A stretch of DNA of 59,232 nucleotides, filler included, from Basidioascus undulatus (lineage: Eukaryota): NCBI GenBank assembly GCA_000826855.1. It is 5 parts of 5 records of this genome, joined end to end, with 100 filler letters (N's around TTAATTAATTAA, not from the genome) between each part and the next. Parts side by side here need not be neighbours in the genome. Positions count along the whole stretch, not along the records: positions 23,770 to 35,551 come from JTLS01000982.1; 4 more parts are not named here. One strand, given 5' to 3'. Under the pieces are notes generated by a model. That model ran no database searches and was not told the origin of the DNA. It was given only the letters and a program-made list of their open reading frames with translations. Positions within the stretch are counted from its first letter, which is position 1. Each line of letters begins with the position of its first letter. Of this stretch, positions 23,770 through 35,651 are shown in pieces. The translations under genes were made by a program, and so were the position numbers.

Positions 23770-26591
23770 CGATCAGGTTCTTCAACAGCAAAACGGGCTC
23801 TTTGGAGCACTTCGACTGGAAGAGAGCTGGAACAGAAGCTGGAAGGGGTTTTCGGCTGCCATGACAACAAAAGAGTTTAGCTGTATGTGGGAGCAAGGGT
23901 CCTCACTTACGCATGAATGCTGCATCCGGCATCTCGGTCACAGCGTTGCCGCTCGTCCGGAACGCCTCGAGTGCAGCACGCGCATCCAGTAACCTGCTCA
24001 CCCCCCTCCACAATCCTGTCATCTTGAAGATATCCCAAGAAGTAATTTAAACAACAACGCACCGGCGATATTCCTCAACGCCTGCCCCGCGCCGGCTGAG
24101 CCTGCGCTCGATGATCTCCCGCGCCCAAGCAATAGTACGCGGAAAGACAATCGCGATCTAGCGCGAGTGGCTCTGCTCTTAGAAAACCTGAAATGAGGCC
24201 GAGGATGGTCTTGACGTCGTCGTGCTGTTTATGTGCATCAGCAATCGGTTACTGCTGAAGCTCGATGGCTGAAGTGGGCAACCTCACGTTGTAGACCAGG
24301 GCAGCGGCAGTGAGATCGATGATTCCCCGGGAAATTCTTCAGTTCCCTTCGGGACTCCAGAATCAGAAGAGGCAAAAGCACATACCATGCGGCGGATCTC
24401 CCGCATCCCCCACCACCTCGGGTCGTTCCTGCCTCCGCCCCGAAAGCGATGAACCTCCTCCCAGCAACCGCGTCCTTCTTCCCGGGTTCAAGCTCCCTCT
24501 GCACCCCGTGCACCCGCTCTTCCAGGCCTCTGGCCCGTCCCCCGCCGCTCCTGATTCTACCTCCACGCCCTTGCACTGCTTGCACAGTCACCTGGGCAGG
24601 TCGTCGCCCTTGACGGTCTTCCCGCGCGCGGATGCGTCAAGGATTGCGAAGCGAGTGTACCGGGGGATGCGGAACGGCGGGTTGCCGAGGAAGGCGAGGG
24701 CGATCGAGGGGGTGTAAACGGCGGAGGGGCGGGGAGGAGTACGGCGTAAAGGTTGAAGAACCCGTGCCGGTTTGTGGGAATGGGAGACCAAAGCGTGCGG
24801 ACAGAGAGGGGTCGAGTGTGGAGCAAAGCAGGATGGAGTGGGTGCGCAGTGAGTGGAGCGGGATGATGCCGACCTGCTCAACCACCTCTGTCAAATGGAT
24901 TTGTAACGCTGAAAGCAGAATTTTCACGTACCTGGTCCTTTATCCTCAGTCCCCTCGCCAAGCACCCCACCGGATCCCCTTCATTTCCTCCCCACCCAGC
25001 ACCTTGCTGCGCCGGGCTTCCCGCACGAGGGACCTGCACGGCAGGAGCCTTGCAGCTGAGCGCCCAGGTCACAGGCAGCAGGTAGGCATCTCGAGCTTGT
25101 CTTAGAGGGCGAGCGCGAGTTTGAAATTTGGCAGGCCGCGAGTGCGGCTTTCCGAGTCGGGGGGTGGCCGGGGCGGAAGATGCAGCGCGATGTGGCTGTG
25201 GAGCTTCGGGGATTGCCAACGTGTAGAGGGAGACGAAGGGATCCGGGAGGGGCTGTTGAGAAGGTGTGGATGGTGGAATCGACGCCTTTGGAGGTCTGTT
25301 TCACAGACTGTGAGTGGCGCGCCTGGAGTTCCGCATGCTGTGCGAGACTTGCCTGGGCGCCGACTCCTCCTGTTCAATTTCCATCAGCAGGCGTTGAAGA
25401 TTCTTGAATTAATTCCACCAAACTTCTCAACATAGAGCAAGCAGCGATTCTCCTCGAGATTCCGCACCTAGCCGACCCAACCTCGACCGCCTCGCCCTCG
25501 TCGCTCTCCTGCGATGCATCGGTGTTGAACCGACTCTGAACACGTTCTTGAAAGGTGAGCCTCACCACCCCGAATATGCAGACAATGAACCCAGCCTACC
25601 GTTTACCTCACCTAGCCTCCTCCGGTTCCGGCCGACCCCACAGCATCGGGTCCTCGTCCTCCATCTCCTCCTCCAAGCTCCTCGACCCCTGCCGCTCCCG
25701 AAAGCTAGGCGCAGGGCCGCCTCCTCTCCAGGCTCCCCACTCCGAGCCCCGGCGGCCCTTGCCGCCCTCTTCTGCTTCAGGATCTCCAGCCCGCTCTCCG
25801 GCTGGCCCTCCCAAACGACCGTCTGGCGCTTCTTGCCGCTCCGGATCGACAGCAGCGCGCCGCGGAGGTCGGACAATGACTTCATCTAGGCCATGAGATA
25901 TTCTTTCAGCACAAGGGAGGGCAGGTAAAAAGAAGAAACAAAGGTGAAGATGTACAGGGCGGAACGGAACGTCTTGTTGGGAAGAACCGCTTGCGCGTCC
26001 CTGGTCGTTGCCTTGCTCAGGTCGGGCGGCTGACGTCCAGACGTGCTCGCCCAGAACGCGTTGATCATAGCCTGGACCTCGAGGAAATTCTCCGCCGGCT
26101 CGAGACTTCCTCCACGGCTCATTCAGATAAGATGCGAGAGCAGAGTGCGCGACCCGGGAAGAGCAACTCGAGGCTCGGGGTCGGTCGTAGTCCGCCCACT
26201 ACGTTATGTTGGTTCATTAGCAGACTGCTTTATAAATGCATGAAGACTACATACGAAGAAGGGCACCTTCACCGCATAGCGCTGCCCCTCCCCATCCCGC
26301 AAAACCAGCCTCGTCCCATCCGTCCGTTCATCGAAAATGCGCCGCAAACGCCGCACCAGTTCAAGTTTCCCGTCGTCCTCCCGCCTTACAACCCTCGCCC
26401 ACTCTGCCCGCACTCCCATCATCAGTCATGGCCCACCCAATCCCAACACCCATGCCTCACTCACCAACCTCAAAGCGTTCGTCCTCGTCCCAGCTCTCCT
26501 CCTCGGCCTGCGCTGCTGCTGCCGCAGCGGCGGACGACGACGGCGCTGGCGTTGCCTTGCGGGCGGATCTTGTCTTGCGCGCGGGGGGCAT
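23770..26591 (-). pseudogene. Degenerate spliced gene running off the contig; possible tyrosine-recombinase/Crypton-like relic
   Basis: Starts MPPARKTRSARKATP..; successive exons with canonical splice sites; in-frame TAG at 25886-25888 and several frame changes; HSLR motif near 24850-24862. The family assignment is tentative. Confidence 0.4.
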
Positions 26592-26988
26592 GGCGAAACG
26601 ATGGTTCGTAAGGAAGGTGAGTGAGAGCTGCGGAGAGCTGATGGTCATGGACAGAAGGCAAGGCAAGGCGCGCAGCCGCCGCGACTGTCATTTGGAAATG
26701 GAACCCGAGCGGATGTTTGGCTGCCCGTCAGTGTCGTGCGTGGCATTCCGCCAGAACACGAACCTCGCCCTTTTTCATACTGAGGACCGGTCAGCACAGT
26801 CCTGAAAACATTGCAGTCCAGCGTACTTTTACGGTACACGCAGTCATCCCAGATAATATACTGTCTGTCCCGCTCCGTCCCGTCGCTATCGTTACTCGAC
26901 CAATATCCAGACTTCCCTTCTTTCCTTAACAAGGGTATGCATTGCACAGATGCTGCAGTTTGAATAGATTCATTATCTCTACATCCTC

Positions 26989-29334
26989 TCATCCCGCCAC
27001 GATCTAACCAACCGCCACGCACCCACACGCAAAACCATCAGTCTTGTCGCTGACACTCTCATCCCCCAAGCGGATCACGTACCGTCACAACATCGTCGTC
27101 CGCCACCTTGTGCGTAAAGCTGACCTTCTGCGGTTGCGGGTTGCTGCAGAACATCGTCAGCCATGAGCAGGACGTCCAAGGCGCAACCAAACGCAATCCA
27201 CGAGGTGGTGACGCACAACTTCGAGCTCTTCCCCCACACAATGGCATACTTGAACGACTCCGCCAGCGAACGGTGAATGCCTGTACACCGCCACCGCAAG
27301 AGATCAGCCCCTCGTGGACTGTGAGACATCTGAGCGGAGAAGCCAAAGACGCACCGTGGCAAACATGCTCGATCGTGCTCCCCTTCCTCAGACAGATCGG
27401 GTCCGACAAGTCGGGATGGACCTGCCCGTCGCCCAACGCATCAGTCTCCATCCCAACCCAGCCGCCTCCCACTCGTCACGTACGCCTCGCTTCTTCGTGT
27501 AGATCTATCGCCGCAAGTCAGCTCAGTCCGGTATAGAGTAGGAAGGAGAAAGGAGAAAGGAGGGGAAGACATGAAGGGGAAGAGGGAGAACAGCAGACCT
27601 TGACCATATTCAGCTCCTCCCAAATCCTATCGATGAGGTGGTCGAGGTTCAAGTCGAGCTCGCAGGAGATGACGACCGTGTGCGGCTCGCGCGCGAGCCG
27701 GTTGACAACCTCGAGCGAGATGCCGTCGATCTTGTTGTACACCTGCCTCATACCCATCTCCGCGGGGTGAGCGATTCGGGAACGGTATAGAAAAGGAGTG
27801 GGACGCACGTATAGACAGGGAATGTATTTCCGCTGTGAGATGGAGGTGTTAAAGGCCGTAAAAAGGGAAGGGAGGGGAGGGGCAAGAGAGAGGAACACAC
27901 GTTGCCCAGGAGGACGTCGATGAACTCGTCCGTGGTGATCTGTCCCGCGCTCTGGGTGTCAGCATCCCAACTTCTGAAAGTGTGCCCAAAATGAGAGCAG
28001 TCTGCGCGCACATCTTCTCGGATCATCACGTCGCACTGTTTTCCCGCCCCAAAGTCAGCTATGCCATCCCCAGCAGCTGCGGGCGAGCAGCAGAAGGCGT
28101 CAAAGGAAAACAGCTGACATTGTGGATCTTGTATCCCTGCAAGATCGTGCGAATCATCTTGTGATCGATCTTCGTCAACGGCACCGTCGCGTTAATAGTG
28201 ATCTGCGCGCCGTCCACCGCTCTCCCATCAGCCTGTTTCCCACCGCTTTCTCACCAGCGAATCACGCTCACCCCTCCGCCCGTCTTCTGCTTGAACACCA
28301 CGTCCGGCTTCGTCTTGTTCAGCCGAATGCCAACCGCCTCCAACTACCGCCCGACCCAACCCCGCATAAGTTCCCTTCCCTTCAACTTTGAAAGCCCGGA
28401 AAGAAAAGCGCTTTCACCGCACCTCGTACTCCAGCAGCGCCCTCTGCGTCTCCGACTTGGTCGCGTCCAGGACCATGAGCACGAGGTCACTGGTCTTAGC
28501 GACGCTGACGACCTGCCTCCCGCGCCCGCGGCCCTGCGACGCGCCCTCGACAATCCCGGGCAGGTCGAGCAGCTGGATCTTCGTCCCCTCGTACTCGAGC
28601 ACGCCGGGGATGGCGGTCAACTGTCATGGGGGCGTGAGCACGGGGTGGGTGAGAGGGGGGAGGGGGAGACGCACAGTGGTGAACTCGTATGCCGCTGCGA
28701 CACTCTCCGTGTGCGTCGTCTTGCTCAGCAAGGTGGACTTGCCGACCGAGGGGAAACCTGGTTCCGCATCCTTTCTTCCCGCTCAGCCATTCGCCCCCAC
28801 TACCTTTCCACGCCGTACATCCTCATCCCGCCACCCCATCCCGCACTGTTAAACGCACCGATCATGACCACCCGAGCATCACCACTCTTCATGACATCGA
28901 AGCCCTCGCCAGGCTTGCTCGACTTGCTCGCGGGCTCGAGCAGCTGCTGGCGGTACTTGGCCAGCTTGGCTTTCAGCTGACCGCTGTGTTCCACGTGCGC
29001 GGCGACATCGTCAGATCAATAGCCCTGGGGGCGTGAAAATGAGGGCGCACAGATGGTACTCTTGCAGTTCGGATGGAAGTCAGCTTGGGGCGGGGAAGAG
29101 AAAGGTGAGGGGGGAGGGGAGACACACCGGTCGCCTTATTCTTCTGCGTCCGGTTCATCTGTTCGACCATACCCATCAGCCTCCTCCGATACAGACGCAG
29201 CGGCGGTTGCGAGGGAGCGGCAGACCTCATCTTCGATTTCCTTGATCTGCAGGCCGGAGAGGTTCCAGGTAAGCTCGCGTGGAGGGAACACGGAGAAGTG
29301 AAAAGCCAAGACGTACCTTTTCTACGATGCCCAT
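26989..29334 (-). CDS. RBG2: Developmentally regulated GTP-binding protein 2 (DRG2/Rbg2)
   Basis: [45 protein letters not shown]1 [15 protein letters not shown]3 [20 protein letters not shown]-terminal TGS domain ending DDDVVT|IVAG*. Confidence 0.95.
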
Positions 29335-29552
29335 CTTGGCTATTCTTCTCTAGAAAGCGGAGTGGCAAAGGGTTATTGGGATGCAGTTGCAGGGGAAGGA
29401 GGGATGGTGCAGGCCGATTCCACCTTCAAGCCTGCTTGCGGCTTTCTGGATTCGTTTCGGCTCTTACTTTGCATCCGGCCAAGTTTATGTGGCTTCGCGC
29501 GTCCCTCATCTCCCATCTACACTCCCATTCACGCCTCATCTTCACGTTCAAC
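29335..29552. promoter_or_regulatory. Probable bidirectional promoter (218 bp between divergent RBG2 and LCP5 start codons)
   Basis: Head-to-head ATGs at 29334 (-) and 29553 (+). Promoter activity is inferred from spacing only. Confidence 0.6.
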
Positions 29553-30835
29553 ATGGCGCCCGTAGCCACCGGATCCCAGAGCGCAACCCCGTCCGCTCCC
29601 TCCGCGGACATCCGCGCCGACCTCCTCACGATCCGCACGCTCTCCTCCTCACTCCTGACCTCTCTCTCGCCGCTGCTCGCCTCCTCCGCGTCATCCGACG
29701 GGCTCCCGCTCCTCTCCATCAAGGCGCACTCGCTCGCGTCCTATCTGCACCACATCACGCTCCTCCTTGGCCTCCGCCTCTCGCGCTCGTCCCTCCAGGC
29801 CCGCGGCGCCGCCGAGCCTCAGGCGGGCGACGTCGTCGACGAGCTCATCCGGCTCCGTGTCGTCCTTGAGAAGGTCCGCGGCTTGCAGGGGAAGATGCGG
29901 TATAGAATTGAGAAGCTTGTGAAGGCTGCGGAGGAGGGGGAGGGCGCGGCGGCCCCGGCGAAGAGGGACGTGGGCGACGGTGCGTGCTTCGTCTTCCCGT
30001 AGTGTCCTCACGCGCTGAACCCCCTCCGCCACTCAGACCCCCTCGCTTTCAAGCCGAATCCCCAGAACTTCGCCCCTGCTCGCGCGGGCGCTGGTGGGCG
30101 CGACGCAGCAGACGAGTCGGGCGATGAGGACGCCGAGGCGCAGGAAGACGGTGTCTACCGCCCGCCCAAGCTCGCGCCCATGGCGTACAACGAGTCATCC
30201 TCCAAGAAGGGTTCGTTTTATCCTCCTTGCCTTTCACTGCCTTTCTTTCTCCCATCGCATCTCACCTGTACAACTCTCCAGGCAAAGACAAGAAGTCCCT
30301 CGCGCCGACGTCCCTCCTGCCCGACCTCCTCCTGCACACCTCCAACCCCTACACAACCTCCAGCACTGGCCTCTCCACGCACGCGCCGGCCCAATCCTCC
30401 GCGCGCGCGCGCGAGCTAGCGCGCATGACAGCCTACGAAGAAGAGAACTTCACGCGCCTGGTGATGAAGAAGCGGGACTCTCGCCGGCGGGCGCAGGACG
30501 AGGCCGACCTCGCGCTCGGGGGGTCCGGCTCGGTGGGCAAGGGCCGGCGCGCGATTGGCGGCCTGCACAGCGAGTTCGATGATGTGCTGCGCGCTGTGGA
30601 GGGCGGGGGGAAGCGCGGCGGGCGCGCGGAGGGGTGGGAGGAGATGCGGAGGATGGGGAAGCGCGGGGGCGCGCTGGAGCGCGGGAAGCGCTCAAGGGAG
30701 GAGCGCAGCGCGGCAGGGGGAGGGGAGGAGGAGGGCGCGGGAGAGGAGGGCAGGAGGAAGAAGGGACGGTTCGAGAGGCAGGTGTCGGAGATGGGCAGGA
30801 AGAAGGCGGGCAAGGGGAAGGGGAAGAGGAAGTAG
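29553..30835 (+). CDS. LCP5: SSU processome protein Lcp5/neuroguidin (Sas10/Utp3/C1D family)
   Basis: DGLPLLSIKAHSLASYL, ELIRLRVVLEKVRGL..YRIEKL, DPLAFKPNP, GVYRPPKLAPM, YEEENFTRL; 2 introns. Confidence 0.9.
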
Positions 30836-33639
30836 ATGTTGGCGGGATCGTGATCGTTTGCATTCGCATGATAATCAGTGTGTCATTGTGGCTTTTGCTT
30901 CGGGGAAGCCCCCGTCGCCTCCAAGGATCATTAAAACTCCAGGCAGCATGCTAGGTGAGGTCAGACGTCTGCGTGCCGTGTCGTGCCAAAGTGCAACTTT
31001 CTTCAGGGTTTGATTCCTTTGAAACACAACGGAAAGTAAATAACATTAACCTCTGGTGCTGATACTGCAAGTCCGGCAGTAACGGGGAGGCGTGAGGAGA
31101 CTTGCGATGGCCCATTCTCATGTATCGACAAGTGGACAGGCTGACACTCGACAGCGCGGCGGGGAGACACTGGGTTGCACTAGGGTTGCGGAGTGCCGCT
31201 CTCAGGGATTCCTTACAGATTCCTTGTTCGATTGAAGAGCTACAAACACTCTTTCATTGATGACTGGAGGGCCTATCCGAGTCGGGTCACGAACCTGCAA
31301 CATGCAAGAATGTCCAGGCGGATTGGGCTGTGTGTCATGACCTCGCGCTGTTGAGGTATGAATGCACCGATAGGTCATAAATCACTCCTCCCTCGGGCAC
31401 ACATTTCTCAAAACGGAAGTAGATACCTGTTTGTGACTCTAATGATATGACAACCTCCGCTGCGGCATGGCGTCGGACCCTCAAATGTAAGGCAGCATGC
31501 CCATCGTCTGGCTTTTCCGCCTGGACCACAAACTCACACCAGGCCGCCACTCGACCACGGTGTCGACACCATCTGCTTTATCTGCATTGAAATATCAACT
31601 CAACTTTACCTTGAGACCAAAGACCCCCGTCTTCAAGTGGAAAAGCAACGACCCCGGTCAGCGACCGACCCCGCGTTTCACACGCCATCAGTTGTCGGTC
31701 GCTACCCGGCCTCTCTCCCACCGACCATCACCTGCCTCCGCAGGAGGTCCCCTTCCTTTGATATCCGAGCCTCCCCTTGGTTCTCCCCATTATGCAGATC
31801 TACTGGCACATCCCACTCCCTTATCCTTCTGCACGTACCCTCCCCTTTCTCTCTATGGGCTCCGGCGGGCGGCGGGCGGCACTCGGGGTCAGCATGGGCG
31901 CAGGAGCCTGGGGCGTGGGGGTTTGATGGCGCCTGTATCCCGCCGTATAAGGGTGTGCAGGCCTAGGCCCCTTCGTGAATAAAAGTCCCCCAGTGCAATT
32001 CCTCCACAGACACGCTGGCCCTGCTGTGTGACATGTCTTCTTTGCGACCTAAAGACCTTCGTACCTGCTTGACGGGGGTTTTGTAGTTATCTCTCGCGAC
32101 TTGGATGTACAAACGTAGAGTAGTCTATGGGTCTATGTATATGGAAAATGCGAGGAAGATGGGTGGGAAGATGGGAGGGGTGCGCGACGGGGACGAGGAG
32201 GGTAGGCAGCTGCGCGCTGCGCGCCGCTGTTGCAGGTCGTGTGCGCTGGTCGGCCGTTCGGCATGCTCTGACAGTACAGGCCTCAAGATGTATGGTAACT
32301 AAAAAGGCAGAGAAAGGCCAAGGCACACTCAATACCTCAAGCAAGCACCCAAGACCGACGGCGACTTGACTTGCGCAGCTGCGTGACCGTTCGGCGTATG
32401 GCACCCTTTACAGGAGGCACCCTTTCGACCTCTCTGCAGCCGGTTTAAACGAAACTCCAACATATCTACATTTACCTTGTTCAATCCGTCAAAGTCTCAG
32501 GTTGAGCAAGGTACACTGAGCTGCAGACCTTCAGCTAGCCAGCAGCACGTGCATCGCGGGCTTGCTTATATCTCGCGCTAAGGATGTGTCTGTTGCAAAT
32601 GAGGCGGTCAAATTCTTCGTCCATCCATGGTTTCTAATACCAAAAGCGAGACGGCTAGTGAACAAGTGTTTGCATCCTCGCACAGGATGTTCGATGCGAC
32701 TGCTTCGGCATGCGACGCCTATGTTCGTCTTAGTGGAATAACTCGGTCATCGAAAGCTGAGCATCTATCAAGTCCATACTTGTCTCATAAAGAAAAATTA
32801 CAAAGAAGATGTCCCATCCGTACCGTTATTGCAGCCTCCTACCCCAACCCGCTCTGACGCCCCACAAAGTGTCGGCCCGTTCGTCTTGCAGTCCTGCTAG
32901 CTTGCCCTTCCCCGGTACCAAGTGTTCAAAGCTATTACATTGGCGGTGTCACCTCGATCCCCATTGGTAGTTTTTTCCCTCAGGGAAGTGAGCTTTCAAC
33001 AAGGATCAAATCTCCAGTGGACATGACGAAGCAGTGGAGGGTTGAGGTGCCGGTACGCCATGTCCTCCTTGAGAGCTTCTCCATGGCTTGCCAAAGCCGT
33101 TTGCCGTATCGTTGGAAGAACACCAATGACTGACATGACCGAGAACAATGTCGTTTCGCAAGAGAACAACCTGCCAAGGGGCTGCGCAACACAAAACGCG
33201 CTTTGCTTTTTTCCTTTCGTCGGCGGGTGCCAACGGGGCTCACTGCTCGAAAATGTCCATAAATGATCGTGGGACTATTTTCAACACGGGAAACGCAGAG
33301 CGCAGCGAGTTCAAAGAACAAATTGCAGTGGGAGAGCAATTAGCGCGTATTGACGCATACCATACGACCTCGAACGACATGTGAATGTCGAAGCAGTCGT
33401 CGAATTCTGCTTCCCCTATCATTGATCGTTGTCGAACCTTTTCGAGGCATTCGAGTAATGAGCGCCAGGTCAGGCTACACCGCCCTTGATGGCAACCGTC
33501 GGGCAACTTCGAAGTAAGTCTCGGTCAATCCGCGATCAGGCCACAGCAGTGCGCCGTCGAGCTTCCCCGGTCTTCCATCTTCCTCTCAGCTTGCTCCTTA
33601 AAGACCGCTGTGCCATCTCTCTCTACACCCTCCAAGCGC

Positions 33640-35178
33640 AGGCCTGCAAAGATGTCCTCAACCTCCTCCAAAACTACACCGCGCCCCTCTTCCCGCCCTC
33701 CGAGCTGAACGCGACGACGCTGTATGACGGCGTCGACTTTTCGAGCCTCAGCTGGCTCGAGAAGCAGTGGGCTGAATCTGGTGGGGGAACCCCGTGCTCG
33801 CTACCGGCCTTATGAGCTTTATTATGCACGAGGTACGTTCTGGTGCTCTGGCGGGGGGGAAGAGGGTTGCCAGCTGAGTGAGATGGGGATGAAGGTCGTC
33901 TACTTCGGGCGCGCACTGCCGTGGATTATCCTGATGCAATTCCCTATTTTTGGAAGTGGAAGCCCCAGCCTGTAAGTGGGAGTATCTTTGCTTGTACGGT
34001 TGAAGCAGCAGTTGACGGACTGGTGAGCGGAATTGCAGGGAAAAGCACCGTCTGCAGCAGACCAGTGGCGGTGCTTGAAACTCGTGCTGCTCCAGCACTT
34101 TACGATCGAGCTCCCTCAGGTGTGCATGCTGGAAAGCCTTCACCTCTCCCACGCTTTCTGACCATACCCACTTTACCAGATCTGGGCGTTCCACCCAATC
34201 GCTGAGTACTTCGGCATGGCCACCTACCAGCTCCCCTTTCCTCCGCTGTGGACCATGGATTGGTGGCACTATACCTTCCACCGCGCTCTGCACTACGGCC
34301 CGCTTCACAAGCACATCCACAAGCTCCACCACGAGTACTCGGCGCCGTTCAGGCTGGTACGTTCATCGTGCATGTTCAGGCTCCGTCGCTCTGTCCGACA
34401 CTGAAGAGTTCGAATTCGCAGACTGCTGAATACGCTGTACGCTTCGCTTCATTGCTCGTGCTAGCTTGGTCCTCTTGAGATAGATATCAGCTCACTCCGC
34501 CCCACTGCGTTGACAGCACCCCGTCGAAGTCATGGTCGCCGGCTTCGGTACCGTGGGCGGTCCGATCATTTAGTCAGCGCTCTTCTGAAATTTACACATC
34601 TTCACCATGTACACGTGGATCACGCTGCGCCTGTTCCAGGCAATCGACTCCCACTCGGGCTACGACTTCCCGTGCGTCACCGTCCCTTCCCTGCTTCTCC
34701 CTTCGTGTTCCTCGGCACCCACCCGCTCCCCCTTTTTTAAAAGCCTTTTGTTTTCCCTTTGCTGACGCAGAATTTGGGGGGATATCTGTCAGGTGGTCGC
34801 TGAGGCACTTCATTCCGTTCTGGGCGGGTGCTGAGCACCGTGCGTGTTTCTTCTGCCTCCGCCCTTCATTTATTAAAAATGTGCGCACCTCAACTTGCTG
34901 AAATTTCTTGCCTGTGTCCACTCAGACGACTACCTTCATGAAAAGTTTACCGAGTGCTACGCGTCGTCTTTCCGCGTGCGTCTTCTCTCCCAGCCCCTAC
35001 CGGCAGCCTCCTCCTCTGTCGAACATACCAACAACCCAACTGACGTGAAATTTTCAACTTGTAGTGGTGGGACGCCATCTTTGGCACGGATGTCAAGTAC
35101 CACGCGTACCGGAAGAAGCAGGCAGAGGCGAAGAAGCTCGCGGCGGCGAAGGAAGCCAAAGCGGGCAACGGGCAATAA
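33640..35178 (+). pseudogene. ERG25: C-4 methylsterol oxidase pseudogene
   Basis: [65 protein letters not shown]. Frameshifts near 33775 and 33931, in-frame deletion near 34257, TAG 34571-34573, TGA 34586-34588, third His box HDYLH, no clear ATG (start approximate). Confidence 0.93.
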
Positions 35179-35459
35179 GCCCGGGTGTTCATTTCCTCAC
35201 TGCATACATTCCTTCACTTCGGAATCCTAGCTTGGAACGCATCAGCAGATTGCACAGACTATGATAGAGTCTAAATCGGGTATCGAGGGGAATATCGAAC
35301 TGCAGGATAGACAGGGTAGGGCCTTCAGGCAACACTAGCCATCAGTTGTAACGCCAAGAATGTGCCCCGATATGCTCAGATGTCTCCCAAGTTGCAACAA
35401 AGAAAGAAAATGCGGCATCACAAGACAAGAGTGTGTGTGCTGCAACAACAGCAAAAACT

Positions 35460-35531
35460 TTCCTCCTAGCCGACTTGAACGACTGACCTCGTCATTACTA
35501 GTGACGCGCTCTACCACTGAGCTAAGGAGGA
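35460..35531 (-). tRNA. tRNA-Thr (anticodon AGT), copy 2, identical to copy 1
   Basis: Same 72-nt cloverleaf; T5 terminator-like run at 35453-35457. Confidence 0.97.
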
Positions 35532-35551
35532 AGACATACAGACAGCCTTCT

Positions 35552-35651
35552 NNNNNNNNNNNNNNNNNNNNNNNNNNNNNNNNNNNNNNNNNNNNTTAAT
35601 TAATTAANNNNNNNNNNNNNNNNNNNNNNNNNNNNNNNNNNNNNNNNNNNN
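35552..35651. other. Artificial contig linker
   Basis: N44-TTAATTAATTAA-N44. Confidence 0.99.

Noticed and set aside
30900..33600. Short ORFs and G-rich tracts between LCP5 and ERG25 (and 35652-37700)
   Set aside because: No recognisable protein motifs, terminal repeats or RNA structures; treated as intergenic or unrecognisably decayed.
34571..34588. Stop-codon reassignment or A-to-I rescue of TAG to Trp in ERG25 and the SDR
   Set aside because: The same genes carry frameshifts and deletions, the stops appear to replace different residues (W, G, E), and intact genes terminate with TAA, TAG and TGA.
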